Assembly: GCF_009914755.1 (NCBI RefSeq) | Contig: NC_060945.1 | Source of the DNA: the human T2T-CHM13v2.0 reference genome, Homo sapiens | DNA: 64,000 nucleotides | Direction: 5' to 3' (one strand) | Part shown: in pieces, positions 44,753 through 60,258 of the stretch | Layout: each line of letters starts with the position of its first letter | How positions within the stretch are numbered: position 1 is the stretch's first letter | The notes under the pieces: generated by a model | What the model was told of the DNA's origin: nothing | The model's input: the letters and a program-made list of their open reading frames with translations, nothing else | The model's database searches: none | Position numbers and translations under genes: made by a program

Positions 44753-46756
44753 TTTGCTGATCTCAACTAATAAAAGTGTTTTTGTTGACATTTTTCTAAC
44801 AGAAAAACAATGCATTCTGAGAAACAGAATAATAACGTGGAACAACTGCTTCTTCCTGCCAAAACTTTATTTGAAGTTTGTTAAAAAAAAAAAAAGTTAA
44901 GACAAACAATTATAATGACTTTTCATTAGCAAAAAGCTCTACTTTAAAAATAAAACTCTAGGACAACTTTTTTCAGATTCAGCATACAGGTGAAATTCAA
45001 TTTATAACTCTCTGAAAACCTGTTGGAGCACTTTCCTGTTGCTTTTCTCATTTTATATCACATTCTGTGCTATTTTTAAAGAAACTCAATGTGCCAAGTG
45101 GAAAATGTTTTTACATGCTATGAAAGATAAAAAGTGCTTTTTCCCCCAAGGATGTTTTACACATTAACCTGTTTTCCTTTGCTTTCTATTTTTCACATGC
45201 CCCTTGCTCATATGTTTTGACTGGTTTTGCTCCAATGAAGGCAAAGCCACGCCCATCAGGAACTTCAAAGTCATTGAAACTCACCAAAGACCAACTCCTA
45301 TGATCAGCCCGTGGACAATACCGGTTATTTTCAAACCAGTCCTTAGTCACCAGGATTCTTGACAAGCTCCTGCAAAGCAGACACAGGTTTGTCTTGGTGG
45401 AAGCTGCTGACTGTCATCCCCTCAGTTTGAAACTCGAGGTCCTGCTTTGGTGTGGAAGCAGAGCTTTTCTTGGCAGGTGAAAGATTGCTTAGCAAAGGAA
45501 ACGGTGTCAAATGGAATATGTCAGAACCTATCTCAGAACAAGGTCACCCTGACCCTAAATGAATTCCACAAAAACTCATTGGAGACACTGTTTTGCAAAT
45601 CTGGACTTCAACCAAAAAGAAAGAAAAGTGGACCACAGTAACCAAAGCTTTCCTCATCCTTCAGGTTGAGGTCTGGAAAACAGAATCAAAGCCTCCCTTC
45701 AATTCCTCCTCACCACCTGCCTTACCCAGATGTACATTTTAAATTTAATCATAAATCACATAAAACAGGTAACACAGATGAATTCAAATGAGGTGGATTG
45801 CATGCATGGAAGGCCAGTGCAGTATAGTTTACCAATGATTACAAGTATACTTTCTGCTTAATGTACATCACAACCATGTTAAGTGAGTTACTACTAACCA
45901 CATTTCATGGGTGATGAAATGAGATATGCCATTTTGGGGGCCTGCCTGTGATAGGCCACACAGAAAATAAAGAGGAAAATGCATCCTTGGGCTAGGCTCT
46001 TTCCGATCTTTCTCTCAACATTCTTTCGATGGCAGCAGCTCAGAGACAATGAGGACCTATCAATCTGCCTTTCTCCAATTCTCCTACCCCAGTCACCTAA
46101 TGTTACCTAAACCCAAAAAGGAAATATATACAACTTCAAACTCTTCTCTAAACACTAATTCTCCTGGTCGAAGCTTCAGCAAGGATGCCTTCCACCTCTC
46201 AAGGGCACCCCACCGACTGATTCCTCTGTGTCCTGAAGATCCCTATTGTGGCTAGTGGATAATAACGCTCAGGAATGTACTTCTACCCCATGAACCAGAA
46301 CACTGTAAAACTGTTGTTCACATTTATCCAATAAAATCCAGACAATACATCTGGTTCTTTTTATATTTTTAATAGTGGAAATGTGTTTGTGATTTAAAAA
46401 CTTAGTTTCTGTCAAAAGAAGTATAATACATAGTATTCAACAGTTTCAGGATCTCTTGTCAAAAGAGATAATTGCAGAACTTTAACAGACTAACATGGTA
46501 CTATATAGAAAAATGACCTCTAAAATATAACACATGGTTTTAGCTTCTAGGGATGATATCTGAAAGTTAATCCGACATTTATAACCAACTGACCAGGATG
46601 TTCAAAAACTCATGGCCCTAAGGCGTCTAGGAGACAATTAAGAAGAATGGACATTACTCACAATGGGAACAATTTCCAGCTTTGCAGAGGAACACAGATT
46701 TGGGGGGCTTTGCAGCCGTCCCTCATAATGGGAACAATTCATATTTTCTTCCCTTA

Positions 46757-46964
<208 letters not shown>

Positions 46965-49900
46965 CGAGGGAACTTTGCGAAAGTGTGGTTAGAAAACTAG
47001 AGTTGGATAGTTAGGCTTATTTTAAGAAGTTTAAATATTATTTAGAAGAGAAAAAGAAACTACTTCTTATCCCTGACTCATCCACTCTTTCTCATTTTCA
47101 TGTTTTTGCCTGACGTTGTTGCTCATCAATTTTGACTTAAGAAAATTCTAGCAACATTTATAGATTTTGCCAAAATTCAGCTTCTTCCCAAATCAATCTA
47201 TAAGAAGGCTCTTCCTTAAACATAATTTTTATATCTATGAACTGCACTAGCATTTACTATATATTTTTATCACTCTCACCATTACTGGATAATAAATAAA
47301 AGCTCATTAAAAGAGTTAACAAAACATATTTATTTTAGGCATCCTGAAAAAAAGATTCAATTTTATTATCATTTCTACAATAAGTATTGAAGAAAGGAGA
47401 ATTTAAATTACTTCATATACGTGATAAAGGAAAACATATACAAGGCAAATAAACATCTTAGATCATGACATATAAAATAATAGATTATTACTAAAGATTA
47501 AAATACTTTCTTAAGAATTAAAGCAATTCTAAAAGCAATAGTAAATAACATTCTTTCTAGTGATCAGACACTGGATACTATGTTTGAGATAGACAGTGAA
47601 TTGGGAATGTTGTTTTACAGAAGCTCCTACCTTGCAAGGACAGGCAAGTTTAAATGTCAGCTAGAAAACTATCTTGAGTTTTCAGTAATGTAAGATTTTC
47701 CTATTCAATTTCACACTTTAAATTTTATATATATATAAAAGTCATGATTCTATTGAAAAAATTTCTAAATTGGTACATTTAACTTTATATTCTATTATTA
47801 TAAAATACAAACAGATTATTAAGCACAGCTGCACAAAGTCGTCATTTCAAAAGAGTTTTAAGAACTGGATAAGCAAATAAGTGTAACCTTAGTCATGTTA
47901 GGAATAAGAGAATTCAGTGGAACAATAGTGTGTGAGTTTCCTTTCAATTTTTTCATCCTCACAATGGAGAATCAGCTGGGGAGCCAGATTTACGAATAAT
48001 ATTTATTCCACTTGTGTTACATAGAGTGTTCTTATGTTAAGAAAGTTGTCAGGATTTTAATTAACATTGCGAAAATTTATTTACATAAATATGCAAAGAA
48101 ATCACACTAATATTGAAGAGCCACAAAACAATAAAAAATTATTAAAGAAAGACAATCTCAGAGCACTAGCGACCTGTCCTTAGTGTGTTCCATACAAATT
48201 TGTTGTATTGCCTGTAAGCCATTTATCTCTTCCTTATCAATTCTTTCCTTTCTTTCCACAAAATTATCCCTAGCTAGTTCACAGGATTGTTATAAACATC
48301 AAATGAAATGATGAATATTCATGTACTTCATAAGTTATAAAATGCTTATCCAATATGAAACAGTGTTTTTATTGTGTGTGTTGAATAAGAAAGGAAAGTT
48401 TGAGGTTTCCAGCTAATTGTCTTTCAAATTTGAAACACGTGTCATAGTAATTATCCTTTTGTATCTCTTTTTTTAGAATTCTTGAGTGATGGGTGCTACA
48501 GATCTGAAAATCATTATGCTGGAATATTTCCACTCCTCCCAACCACAAATATGTGTCTATCAAGAGAGGCTGTATGTTGCTGTGAATCCCAAATGGTATT
48601 AATTGAATTAGAGGTTCTAAAATATCATTGTGAACATTTAAAAAGTTCTGCCATTTCTAATTGGTTCATGGTTGTGTAACAAAAATTGTGAATGTATTTT
48701 GAAGCAACTCAGAATGATAAAATGAGATTTTACTCAAACCCTTCATATAATTTCACCTTGATTCTAGAATCATTGGGTGAGTTACATCAAGTATTTCAAT
48801 AAGCAATAAAAAAGTTAGAATGGGGGGAAAGGACCAGATGGCCAACTAGATGCAGCTAGGAAATACCTCTCCCATTGAAAGAAAGCAGAATATGAAGTAA
48901 ACCATCATATTTTGAACAGATCTTTTGAGAGAAAATACTGAACATCAATAAAGGGGGGATGCAGAAACTGAGGTTGAAGACAGAGAAAGCTGGGAAGCCT
49001 ACACTGAGTCACCGAGTGTCAGACTGGCTCCTGGTCCTGAACAAGTCCTAAGGAAGGGTTAAGTGAAGGAAGTCCAGGGCACCACACTCCCATCATGGAC
49101 CTCTGGGATCCTAGCTACAAAAGATCCCATGACTCCATAGACATTTGAATTGGCAGGGGAAACTGCCTGGAAAGTAAGAAGAAGAAGAGCTCAAAACTGT
49201 GTGGAGCTCAGAAGGTGTTATAGCTCATGGTACAGCTGCAGCAAAACATCACCCAGGCATTCATCCCCCAAGGCTCCCCATCTGGATCCAAGTGACTATA
49301 ACAACTGCTGACTGTCAGGCCAGGAGAGAGCAGGATTGTCTTTCCTCTGGGACCGGAAAGCATCTGATCCCTGTGCTGCCCCTTGTCTGCCAGCCCCTTC
49401 CAAGGCCACGGGTCCGGCCACTCCCACAAGAGAGTGAACACAGAACAGCCTCCACTTCCCATCTGAGTGTTTTGCTGGCAACCTGGGATTAGTTCAGCAC
49501 CCCAAGTACAACTGGTGCTTGACCCTGAGGGGCCAGAGGAAAAAGCTGTGGCCCAATTCCCAAACCCCTAGGTTTGAGTATACCACCCACAGGTATTGAG
49601 CTGAGATCTGTGGCTAGAGCTTGAGCAGGGGAGGAGCCTCTACTCTCAGAACACAGAAAACAGTGAGGCACAGGTTTATGTTCAGGCATGGGAGCTGAGC
49701 ATCCCTCCCTCAGCAAGACTGGTGCAGGAAGTGTGTAGCCTGTTGGGCAGCCACAGCTTTTGCCCAAGGCAGCCCCATGGCATGGAACACCTGGAATAGC
49801 CCAGTGATCTGGGTGAAGAAGGCTTCAGACAAATCTAGCTGTTCAGGCCTACTCCTGGGGCAGACAGCAGAGGGAAACTGGGTCAGGGGAACACAAGCTG

Positions 49901-51796
49901 GGGAGGCCCCAAGGCCACCTGCTGGTTAAAAATCCCAGGCCATGCGCACCACACCAGCTGCACACCTGTGGCATCACAGTCTTGCCAGCGGATCCTTCAC
50001 CTTTGACCAACTGCATCACCAGATCACCCACAGACATATCCTACAACCTTCTCTGACTGCCCAGCTTAGACCAGTGGGTCTCTGGGGAGCTACAGATCTC
50101 TTAGTGACCTAATCTTCAGTTCAGGCCACCCCTAAGGGAGGAGGGAGTGCAACCTGCCAGGGTCCCCCCTTGAGGCTGAGGAAACACAGTCATGGTGCCA
50201 CTGATTGCAGAGGGCTCCCCTAAGGCCCAAGAATGACCTTGGTGAAACGGTCATTTCTTGCCCCTCTATCTCTCCTTCCCCAGAAGACTGCTCTATATGC
50301 ACTGAAATACAAAACAGGTGTATGGCAGAGCCTATCTGCTAGACCTTACTCTTAAGCACCATCTATTGTATCATAACCTGAATTACACCACCAAATAAAA
50401 ACAAATTCCTTCACTTTGCAATGCCTATGAAACCCAGTGCAGGAAACTAACCACAATTAAGGAACTCATGCAGAGCCTTGGCACTCTGAAAGCACAAAGA
50501 ACATCCAGAAATGAAGCCAACTAATGGTACACGACATATACCACAGTCAAACTCTCAAGGGAAAAAAGAATATAAAAACAAAAAACCCCATCCAAACAAT
50601 AGCAATTTAAAAGTAACAGGAAGCACCAGCCCCTCAGATGAGAAGAAATCAGTGCAAGAATTCTAGCAATTCAGAAGGTCAGAGTGTTTCCTTACCGCTA
50701 AAGGATTGCACTAGGTCCCTAGCAATGGATCCTAAGCAGATTGAGAGGTCTGAAATGACAGAAATATAATTTAGAACCTGGATGGCAAGGAAGCTCAGTG
50801 AGATTCCAGAGAAAGTTGAAATTCAGTTTAAGGAAACCAATGAAATAATCCAGGAGTTAAAAGGTAACACAGCCTTTTTATGAAAGAACCAAACTGAACT
50901 TCTGGAATTGAAAAATTCACTACAAGAATTTAAAAATATAACTGGAGACCTTAACACCAGGCTAGACCAAAGAAACAATTTGAGAGCTCAAAAACTGGTT
51001 ATTCAAATCAACCTAGACAAAAATCAAGAAAAGTGAATTTAAAAATAAAATCTTCAAGAAATATGAGATTATGTAAACAGAGAAAAACCTACGAGTCAGT
51101 GGCATTCCTGAGAGAGAAGGAGGGAGAGTAAGCAACTTGGAAAACATATTTTAGGATATAATTCATAAAAATTCCCCTAATCTCACCAGAGGGGTCAACA
51201 TGCAAAGTCAAGAAATTCAGGGAACCCTTGAAAGATACTTACAAGATGACTATCCCCAAGACACATAGTCATCAGACTCTCTAGGGTGAACATGAAAGAA
51301 AAAAATCTTGAAGGTAACTAGAGAAAAGTCAGGTCACTTACAAAGAAAACCCTATCAGGCTAACATCAGACTTCTCAGCTGAAATTTTACAAGCCTGAAG
51401 AGATTGGGGGCCTATTTTAAGCACTTTTTAAATGAAATTCTAATCAATTTTATATTCTTCCAAACTAAGCTTCATAAGCAAAGGAGAAATAAAATCTTCC
51501 AGACAAGCAGTCACTAAGGGAATCTATTACTGCTAGACCGGCCTTACAAGAGATTCTAAGGGAGTTCTAAACATGAAAACAAAAGAACACCTGCTACCAC
51601 AAAATTACATTTAAGTAATATAGCCCACCAATTATATAAAGAAACTACACAATTGAGATTACAAAGCAACCAGCTAACAACATCATGACAGGATGAAAAC
51701 CTCACATATCAATATTAACCTTGAATGCAAATGATCTCAACACCCCACTTAAAAGGCACAGAGTGGCAAGTTAGATTTTTAAAAAACCAAGACCTG

Positions 51797-52108
<312 letters not shown>

Positions 52109-54361
52109 GACCAAGACCCAACAATCTGCAGTCTTCAAGATATCCTTCTCACATACAAGGATACCCATAGGCAAAAAAACATCAAGAAATGGAGAAAGAT
52201 CTATCATGCAAACAGAAAACAAAAACAACAAGGGCCAAGCATCACTATTCTTATATCAGATAAAACAGAATTTAAACAAAAAAAGAAAGAAAAAAAAAAG
52301 AACAAAGATAGGCATTACATCACATAAAGGGTTCAATTCAACAAGTCTTAATTATCCTAAGTATATAAATACCCAACATTGGAGCACCCAGATTCATAAA
52401 CAAGTACTTAAAGACCTACAAAAAAATTAGACAACCCCACAATAATAGCTGGGGGGCTTCTACACCCCATTAGCAGCGTTAGATCATCAAGGCAGAAAAC
52501 TCACAAAGAAATTCTGGACTTAAATTCAACACTTGGCCAATTGGACCTAATAGACATCTGCAGAACACTACACCCAACAACCACAGAATATACATTCTTC
52601 CCATTGACACACAGAACACACTCTAAAATAGAATACATGCTTGGCCATAAAACAAGTCTCAGTAAATTCAAAAAAATCAAAATTATATCAAGCACATTCT
52701 TGGAACACAGTGGAATAAAAATAGAAATCAATACCAGGAAGACACCTCAAAATCACACAATCACATGGAAATTAAACAGCTTGCTCATAAATGACTTTTG
52801 GATAAACAACAAATTTAAGGCAGAAATCAAAAAAATTATTGGAAATTAATGAAAACAGAAATGCAACATATCAAAATCTCCAGGATGTAACAAAAGCAGT
52901 GTTAAGAGGAAAGTTTATAGCAATAAATATCTAGATCAAGAAGTTAGAAAGATCTCAAATTAACAATCTAAATCACATCTAGAGGAACTAGGAAAACGAG
53001 AACAAACTAACTCCAAAGCTAGCATAAGAAAAGAAATAATTAAAATCAGAGCAGAACTGAACAAAATTGAGACCCAAAAATCCATACAAAGCATCAATGA
53101 AAACAAAACTTGATTCCTTGAAAGGATAAAGAAGATTGATTGATAGACCACTAGATAGATTTAAAAAGAAAAAAAGAGAGAAGATCAAAATAAGTATAAT
53201 CAGAAATGACAAAGATTACATCACAACTGATCCCGCAGAATTACAAAAGTGCCTTAGAAACTACTATGAATACTTCTATGCACACAAATTAGAAAATCTA
53301 CAGGAAATGGATAAACTTTGGACACACACAATCTTCCAAGATTGAATCAGGAAGAAGTTGAAATCCTAAACAGAACTATAATGAGTTCCAAAATTGAATC
53401 AGTAATAAAAAGAAAAACCTACCAACCAAAAAGAAGTCCTATACCAGATGGATTCACAGGCAAATTCTACAAGACGCACAAAGAAGAGCTTATACCAATC
53501 TTACTGTAATTCAAAAAATTGAGGAGAGACTCCTCCATAACTCATTCCATTAATCCAGCATCATCCTGACACCAAAATCTGGCAAGAAAAATACAATGAT
53601 AAAGGAAAACTACAGGCCAATATTTCTGAGGAACACAAATGCAAAAATCCACTACAAAATACTAGCAACCCAAATCCAGCTGCGCATCAAAAAGTTAATT
53701 CACCATGATCAGGTAGGCTTCTTTCTTGGGATGCAAGTTTGGTTCAATGCATACAAATTGATAAATGCAATTAACCACATAAAGAGAATTAAAAACAAAA
53801 ACCATATGATCATCTTAACAGATGCAGAAAATGCTTTTGATAAAATTCAACATCCCTTTATGATTAAAAAAAATCCCTCAACTAGGCATTGAAAAAACAC
53901 CTCAAAATAATAAGGGTCACCTATAACAAAGCCATAGCCAAAATTATACTGATTGGAACCATTTATCTTGAGAACTGGAACAAGACAAGTTTGCCTACTC
54001 TTACCACTCCTCTTCAATACAGTACTGGAAGGCCTACCCCAAGCAATCAAGTAAGAGAAATAAAAGGCATTCAAATAGCAATAGAAGAAGTCAAATTATT
54101 TCTCTTCACTGATTATATAATTCTATACTTGGAAAGCCCTAAAGGCTCGACCAAAAGGCTCCTAGAACTAAAAAATGACCTCAGTAAAGTTTCAAGATAT
54201 AAAACCAACGTACAAAAATCAGCAGTATCTCTCTACAGTAATAATGTTCAAGCTGAAAGACAAGTCATGAATGCAATCCCACTTATAGTAGCCACACAAA
54301 AATATAAAATACCTAGGAAATACAAATAAAAACCACGATGAGATACCATCTCACACCTATC

Positions 54362-54711
<350 letters not shown>

Positions 54712-55707
54712 TTAGTTCAGCCATTGTGGAAAGCCATTCAGAGATTTCTCAAAGAACTAAATACAGAACCACAATTCAACCCAGCAGTCACATTACTAGG
54801 TATATACCCAAAGGAAAATAAACCATCGTACCAAAAAGACACATGCCTTCATATATTTAACACAACACTATTCACAATGGCAAGAATATGGAATCAACCT
54901 AGGTGCCCATCATCAGTGGATTGGATAAAGAAGATGTGGTACATATCCACCATGGAATACTATGTAGCTATTAAAAAGTGAAATTATGTCCCTGGCAGCA
55001 ATGTGGATGCAAGTAGTCACCGTTATCCTAAGGAATTAACGCAGGAACAGAAAACCAAATACCATATGTTCTCACTTAGAAGTGGGAGCTAAATATTGAT
55101 TACTCATGGAAGTAAAGCTGATAACAATAAACACTGGGGACTACTAAAGGGAGGAGGAGGAAGGGGAGCAAAGTTTGTAAAACTACCTATGGGGTACTAT
55201 GCTCACTACCTGGGTGACAGGATCAATCATACCCCAAGCCTCAGCATCACACAATATACCCAGGTAACAAACCTGCACTTGTACCCTCTGAATCTAAATA
55301 AAATTTTAAATAAAACTAACAAGCAAACAAACAAAACAAAGAAGTGAGAAGAGGGTAATTATATGGGAATTTTCCTTATGACCTTAGGCATAGTATTCAT
55401 CAGAGTAAAAATTAACAATTAAAGTGTCAGTAGTAAAAGCACACCAGCTTATAAATAGAGTTATTTTTCTGCCAGTGGGCACCAAACTGGGGTACATGCA
55501 CCCCAGAATACATGCAAGAGGGGTCATGGGGATATGTGAAGAATGTATTAGAACTTCTAATAATTTTTATCCAAAATTTGGTGATTAAGCTTTATTAATA
55601 TTTAGACTAACAAGGTACATATTACTGATGTATAGATAATTATCTTTATATTGTGGGGTGCATGGTTGCTCAAATATACTTATTGATAGAAATACAAATT
55701 AAATTAT

Positions 55708-56065
55708 GGGCAGGTGTAGTGGCTCATGCCTACAATCCCAGCACTTTGGGATTGTAGTCTGAGACCAGCCTGGGGAATGTAGTAAGATGAAGAAAGAAGA
55801 AAGAAAAGAAAAGAGAAAGTTAGCCAGGTATAGTTGTGTGCAGAAGGAAGGAAGGAAGGAAGGAAGGAAGGAAGGAAGGAAGGAAGGAAGAAAGCAAGCC
55901 AGGTATAGTTGTGTGTACTTGTGTTCCTGGCTACTCGGGAGGCTGAGGCAGGAGGATCACCTGAGTCCAAGAGGTCGAAGCTACAGTGTGCAATGATCAT
56001 GCCACTGTACTCCAGCCTGGGTGATGGAGTCAGACCCTGTCTCAAAAAGAGAGAGAGAAAGAGAG
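55708..56065 (+). mobile_element. Rearranged AluJ containing (GGAA)n
   Basis: AluJ right arm GGAGGATCACCTGAG..GAGGTCGAAGCTACAGTG; deleted left arm. Confidence 0.85.
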
Positions 56066-56412
56066 AAATTTAAAATTTTGAAAAGCACCAACCTAAACAA
56101 TAAGGGAAATTTTACATTAAGTTACATTGTCTCTAGACTACACTGTAGCAAATTATTAGAATAACAGGAGTCCACAGGAGCAAAGTCTTTGAAGAAAAAC
56201 AAAATTAAGCAACAATTTTAAACAAAGGAAACATGTTTTAAACATAAAGTTCAGTGTTTCTGAAAATGGATAATGCTAACTCACAACACACATAGCTGAC
56301 ATAGCTGCACAAGGAAAATGTGAGAGAGGAAGCAAGGAAGGAAAGGAGGGAGGGAGGGAGGGAGGGAATGTGAAGAGAAAGTAAATGCAGTGTAAAAGTA
56401 AAGACTAGTGCC

Positions 56413-56745
<333 letters not shown>

Positions 56746-57319
56746 CTAAAGATTTTAGTGTCTAATATATTGTTTTAAAACCTCCTTGTCTTTAATAAAC
56801 CATAATTTTTTTTGTTTCCTCCGCTAAAGACACTGAAAAATTCAGGTGCAAATGAAAATGAAAGCAAAACTGCTCTACTCATATTTGTTTCCTTCATTCT
56901 CGATATTGTTCCTCTGCCTCCAGGTCTGTGCAGTCTCTCATCTGAAGGAGTAGACAACAAAGCCACTGTGCATTCTTCCTCCTGAGAACTGTAGATTGCA
57001 CAACCTGATACCAATCATAGCTCAAGACCGTTACACTAGAAATCAGAAAACTTAGACTCGAGAATTATTTCTTTCAGAGTATACAATCTTAACAACACAT
57101 TAACTTTGGAAGGGGTTGGGTTGAAATTTCCCTTCCGTGAAATCCTATGTTGCCCCTGTTTATTTCCAAAATCCTAGCTGTAATTGTCTATGATCCCATA
57201 TTATTTCATCATATCAATTTGAAATGTACTATAGGGGGAAAAATATACAACCTGTAAATTTCTCTGATCTATCACATAATTTCATCTGTGAATTGCAGTG
57301 TTCCAAATGTGATCATAAG

Positions 57320-57990
57320 ATTCATTCATACATTTATTTAGGAAGCATTTATTAATTCCCCTATGATCTGTCAGATAATGTGCCAAATGCTTCACCTATG
57401 ACAGTAAACAGAGATTTCTCTTTTGTGTATTCACAGAGTTTAGGGGCTGCTGGAAAAGACAGATTAGCAAGCATTTACACAAGCAAGGTGCTAAGAACTA
57501 TGATGGGGGCATGTGAGGCATATAAGAACATAGATAAATATTTAATTCTGACTTAAAGGGTTAAAATTTCCTGGAGGAAGTGACATATAAGTCACCTAAA
57601 ATATAAATAAGAATTGACCAGGTGAAGGGGTGACAAAGTCCAGGTGAAGGGGTGACAAAGTCCAGATGAAGAAAAGTCATTAGCACCATACATATCAAAA
57701 AGAGACATTTTATGAAATCTAAAGTCTGGGCTGCTATACTGTACATCTCTGAGGACAGTACCAGAGCCCATGAGGTCCTCCCTTGAATTGTGCAGGCCAC
57801 AGTATTTGTGGCATAGGGTCATCCCTTCAAAACTTGCTTTATTATGGTTGAGGTCAGAAGTATGAATGAAGACATGAAGAGGTAAGAAGAGGTCAAATAT
57901 AACAGGGCATCGTTATCCAAGTGTGGAAGCTGGGTTAAAGTATTTGAAACAGAGAAAACAAAAACAATCGTATCACCAATGTGTAAGGAC
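57320..57990 (-). mobile_element. L2 3' fragment with a 22-bp tandem duplication (57619-57671)
   Basis: ATTCATTCA...AAGCATTTATTAA 3' end; CCAGGTGAAGGGGTGACAAAGT twice plus a partial copy. Confidence 0.6.
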
Positions 57991-58019
57991 TCTCAGTGGG
58001 TCAAGAGAGGCCTGACCTA

Positions 58020-58960
58020 CTTCAGTTTCTTCAGATATGGTATTTTTCATTTCTAGAATTTCCATTTGGTTCTTTTTCAGAGTTTGCATTTTTCTAATGT
58101 AATCCTCCATCTTATTTTACTTATTATACTTATTTTCCTCTGAATTCTTCAACGTGTTTGTAATTATTATTTTAAATTTCTTGTTTGCTAAATCCAACAT
58201 CTGGGTCACCTGTAAGTCTCTTTTTATTGAGGTTTTCCTCTTGATTGTGAGTCTCATATTCCTGCTTTTGTGCCTGTCTCATGTTTAGTCAAATGATCTT
58301 AGACACTGGAGTAAGTAATATTTTCCTCTATAAAGGGCTTGTTTTTTATCCTGTCAGAAATCCAGGATGAGGGAAGAGCTCTTTGATCTAACCAAGACTA
58401 AAGCTGGGTTAGGAATGAGTAGTTGCTTTAGATAGTTTTGCCTGGTTTCAAATGTCTTGAGTATGAGATCAAGACCCTTTCTCCAGCAGGACGTTGAGAT
58501 CTAAGCATTGCAAGACTGAGATTTCTCTTTGCTTTTCAGTCTAGTCCTTGGGCTCCCATGCCACCATTTATTCAGCAGAAGTCCTATGGAGAAGAATTGG
58601 TGGGCGGGAAGAATTCACTACACATCTGAAACTCCTGCATGTTTCTAGCCACCATCCCAGCCCATGTGCAGCCAATAAAAATCTGGCTGGATTTTCCTTC
58701 TCACAGAAGTGTTTCTGCCCATGTCAAGTGTGTTATTCTGACTGCCCAGGCGCCCAGACGCAATAAGTATGTTCAGAGGTGAATGTAGCTCCCACTCTCT
58801 GCTCATATCAGAAAGGGTAATCCCCTCGCTGCACTTTACTGCATGTAGACACTTTTGCATCCATAATTTTTGATAGTTTTAAGGAAAACATGACTTGTAT
58901 ATTTAGCCAACATTGTCTCATTGCCAGAGCAAGTGAAATGGTCTTTCCTTATCCGCCACA
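58020..58960 (-). mobile_element. Old L1M/HAL1-like fragment
   Basis: TATTTTTCATTTCTAGAATTTCCATTTGGTTCTTTTT...TCCAACATCTGGGTCA. Confidence 0.55.
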
Positions 58961-59339
58961 AATTAAGTGAAAGTGGAACTCTCTATTATTTTCTGTTTGG
59001 AGAGGTTTCCTATACTGCATACTTTACTTAGTAGAGCTCCAAGCAATGCCAGATTATTAAAGTGCTGATTATCTAATGAACATTTAATATTAAGTTTTAT
59101 ATTTGTAAAAATTCATAAATCCAGTACTGTGGGCAGTGTAGTCAATATTTTTCTCATTAGAGACCATCAAGTCATGCAAAGTAAGTACTTTCCAAGTTTA
59201 AATGACAATGGTCAATCTATTTACTCCTTTGACATTATGAAGAAGATCATGATCGTCACTAACACCTATGTAATAGATACCCATAGGGCCCCATCTCACA
59301 CTCTTACAACCCATCTTTTTACTGCAGACATTGCTATAA

Positions 59340-59812
59340 AATCAGGTCCATGCATTTGTAAACTGACAGCAGCTGCTTCAGCTGCCTCCTGTATCTCTCA
59401 TTTTCATCCCTGAGGCTTTTTTGCCACCACCTCATGGGACTCCTTTAAGAACCTGCTAAGCCATTCTGACTCACGCACAAATCAAAGGAGTGAGGAAGCT
59501 AACACTACAAGGACAATCCTTGACCAATGGAAAAAGAAGGAGAGTAGTGAATAAACACTACCCTCAGTCATCTCTAAGCTGGACAGTTCTGAGTTTCATT
59601 TGACACAGGACCCCAAGGGTATCTGGTAGGACTGAGCTCCAGTTGTCCACAGTAGTGATTAGATGAATAAAGCACCCTGGGATTGGTTTTCTCCCTTCCC
59701 CTGCTTCACTTTCCAGTCCCTAGTACTGTTTCTTGGGATCATTTCCCAAAATAAACTACCTGTATGCAAGCTGTCATATGGTGCTGTGCTTTAGGGAACA
59801 TCATGGATAAAA
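59340..59812 (+). mobile_element. LTR16-type ERVL solo LTR
   Basis: CCTTGACCAATGG...GAGCTCCAGTTGTCCACAG...GGGATCATTTCCCAAAATAAACTACCTG. Confidence 0.75.
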
Positions 59813-60258
59813 CAGCTTGGAAAGATTGAACAACAATTACAGGAAAGACAGATAAAAGAAACTAGAGATGGGGGCACATTATGATTTCAGAGATATGAAA
59901 ATATCAGAAGAACTATCACCATGGTGTCATGCAAGTGTGTCTTTATTTTAAAAATCTCTAACAACCTCTTTTGTGCAACCATTTCCTAGAATGCCCACTC
60001 ATGTTAACAGTATATGAGTATTTTTAAAATAAAAAATTGCCAAAATTTTTCATAAAACTTGAGATATATTTTAAGTATTTCCATGTACACTATCAACACT
60101 TTAATGCACATACAAAAAGATCAATGGCATAAAATAGTGCTATGCTAAATATATTATAGAACACATGGAAAAATTCACAGGGCACCACAAGCCATTGCCT
60201 CTAGTAATAAAACACAAATATGACATAATTTAAAGTTGTGTCATAACATCTTTCATTC

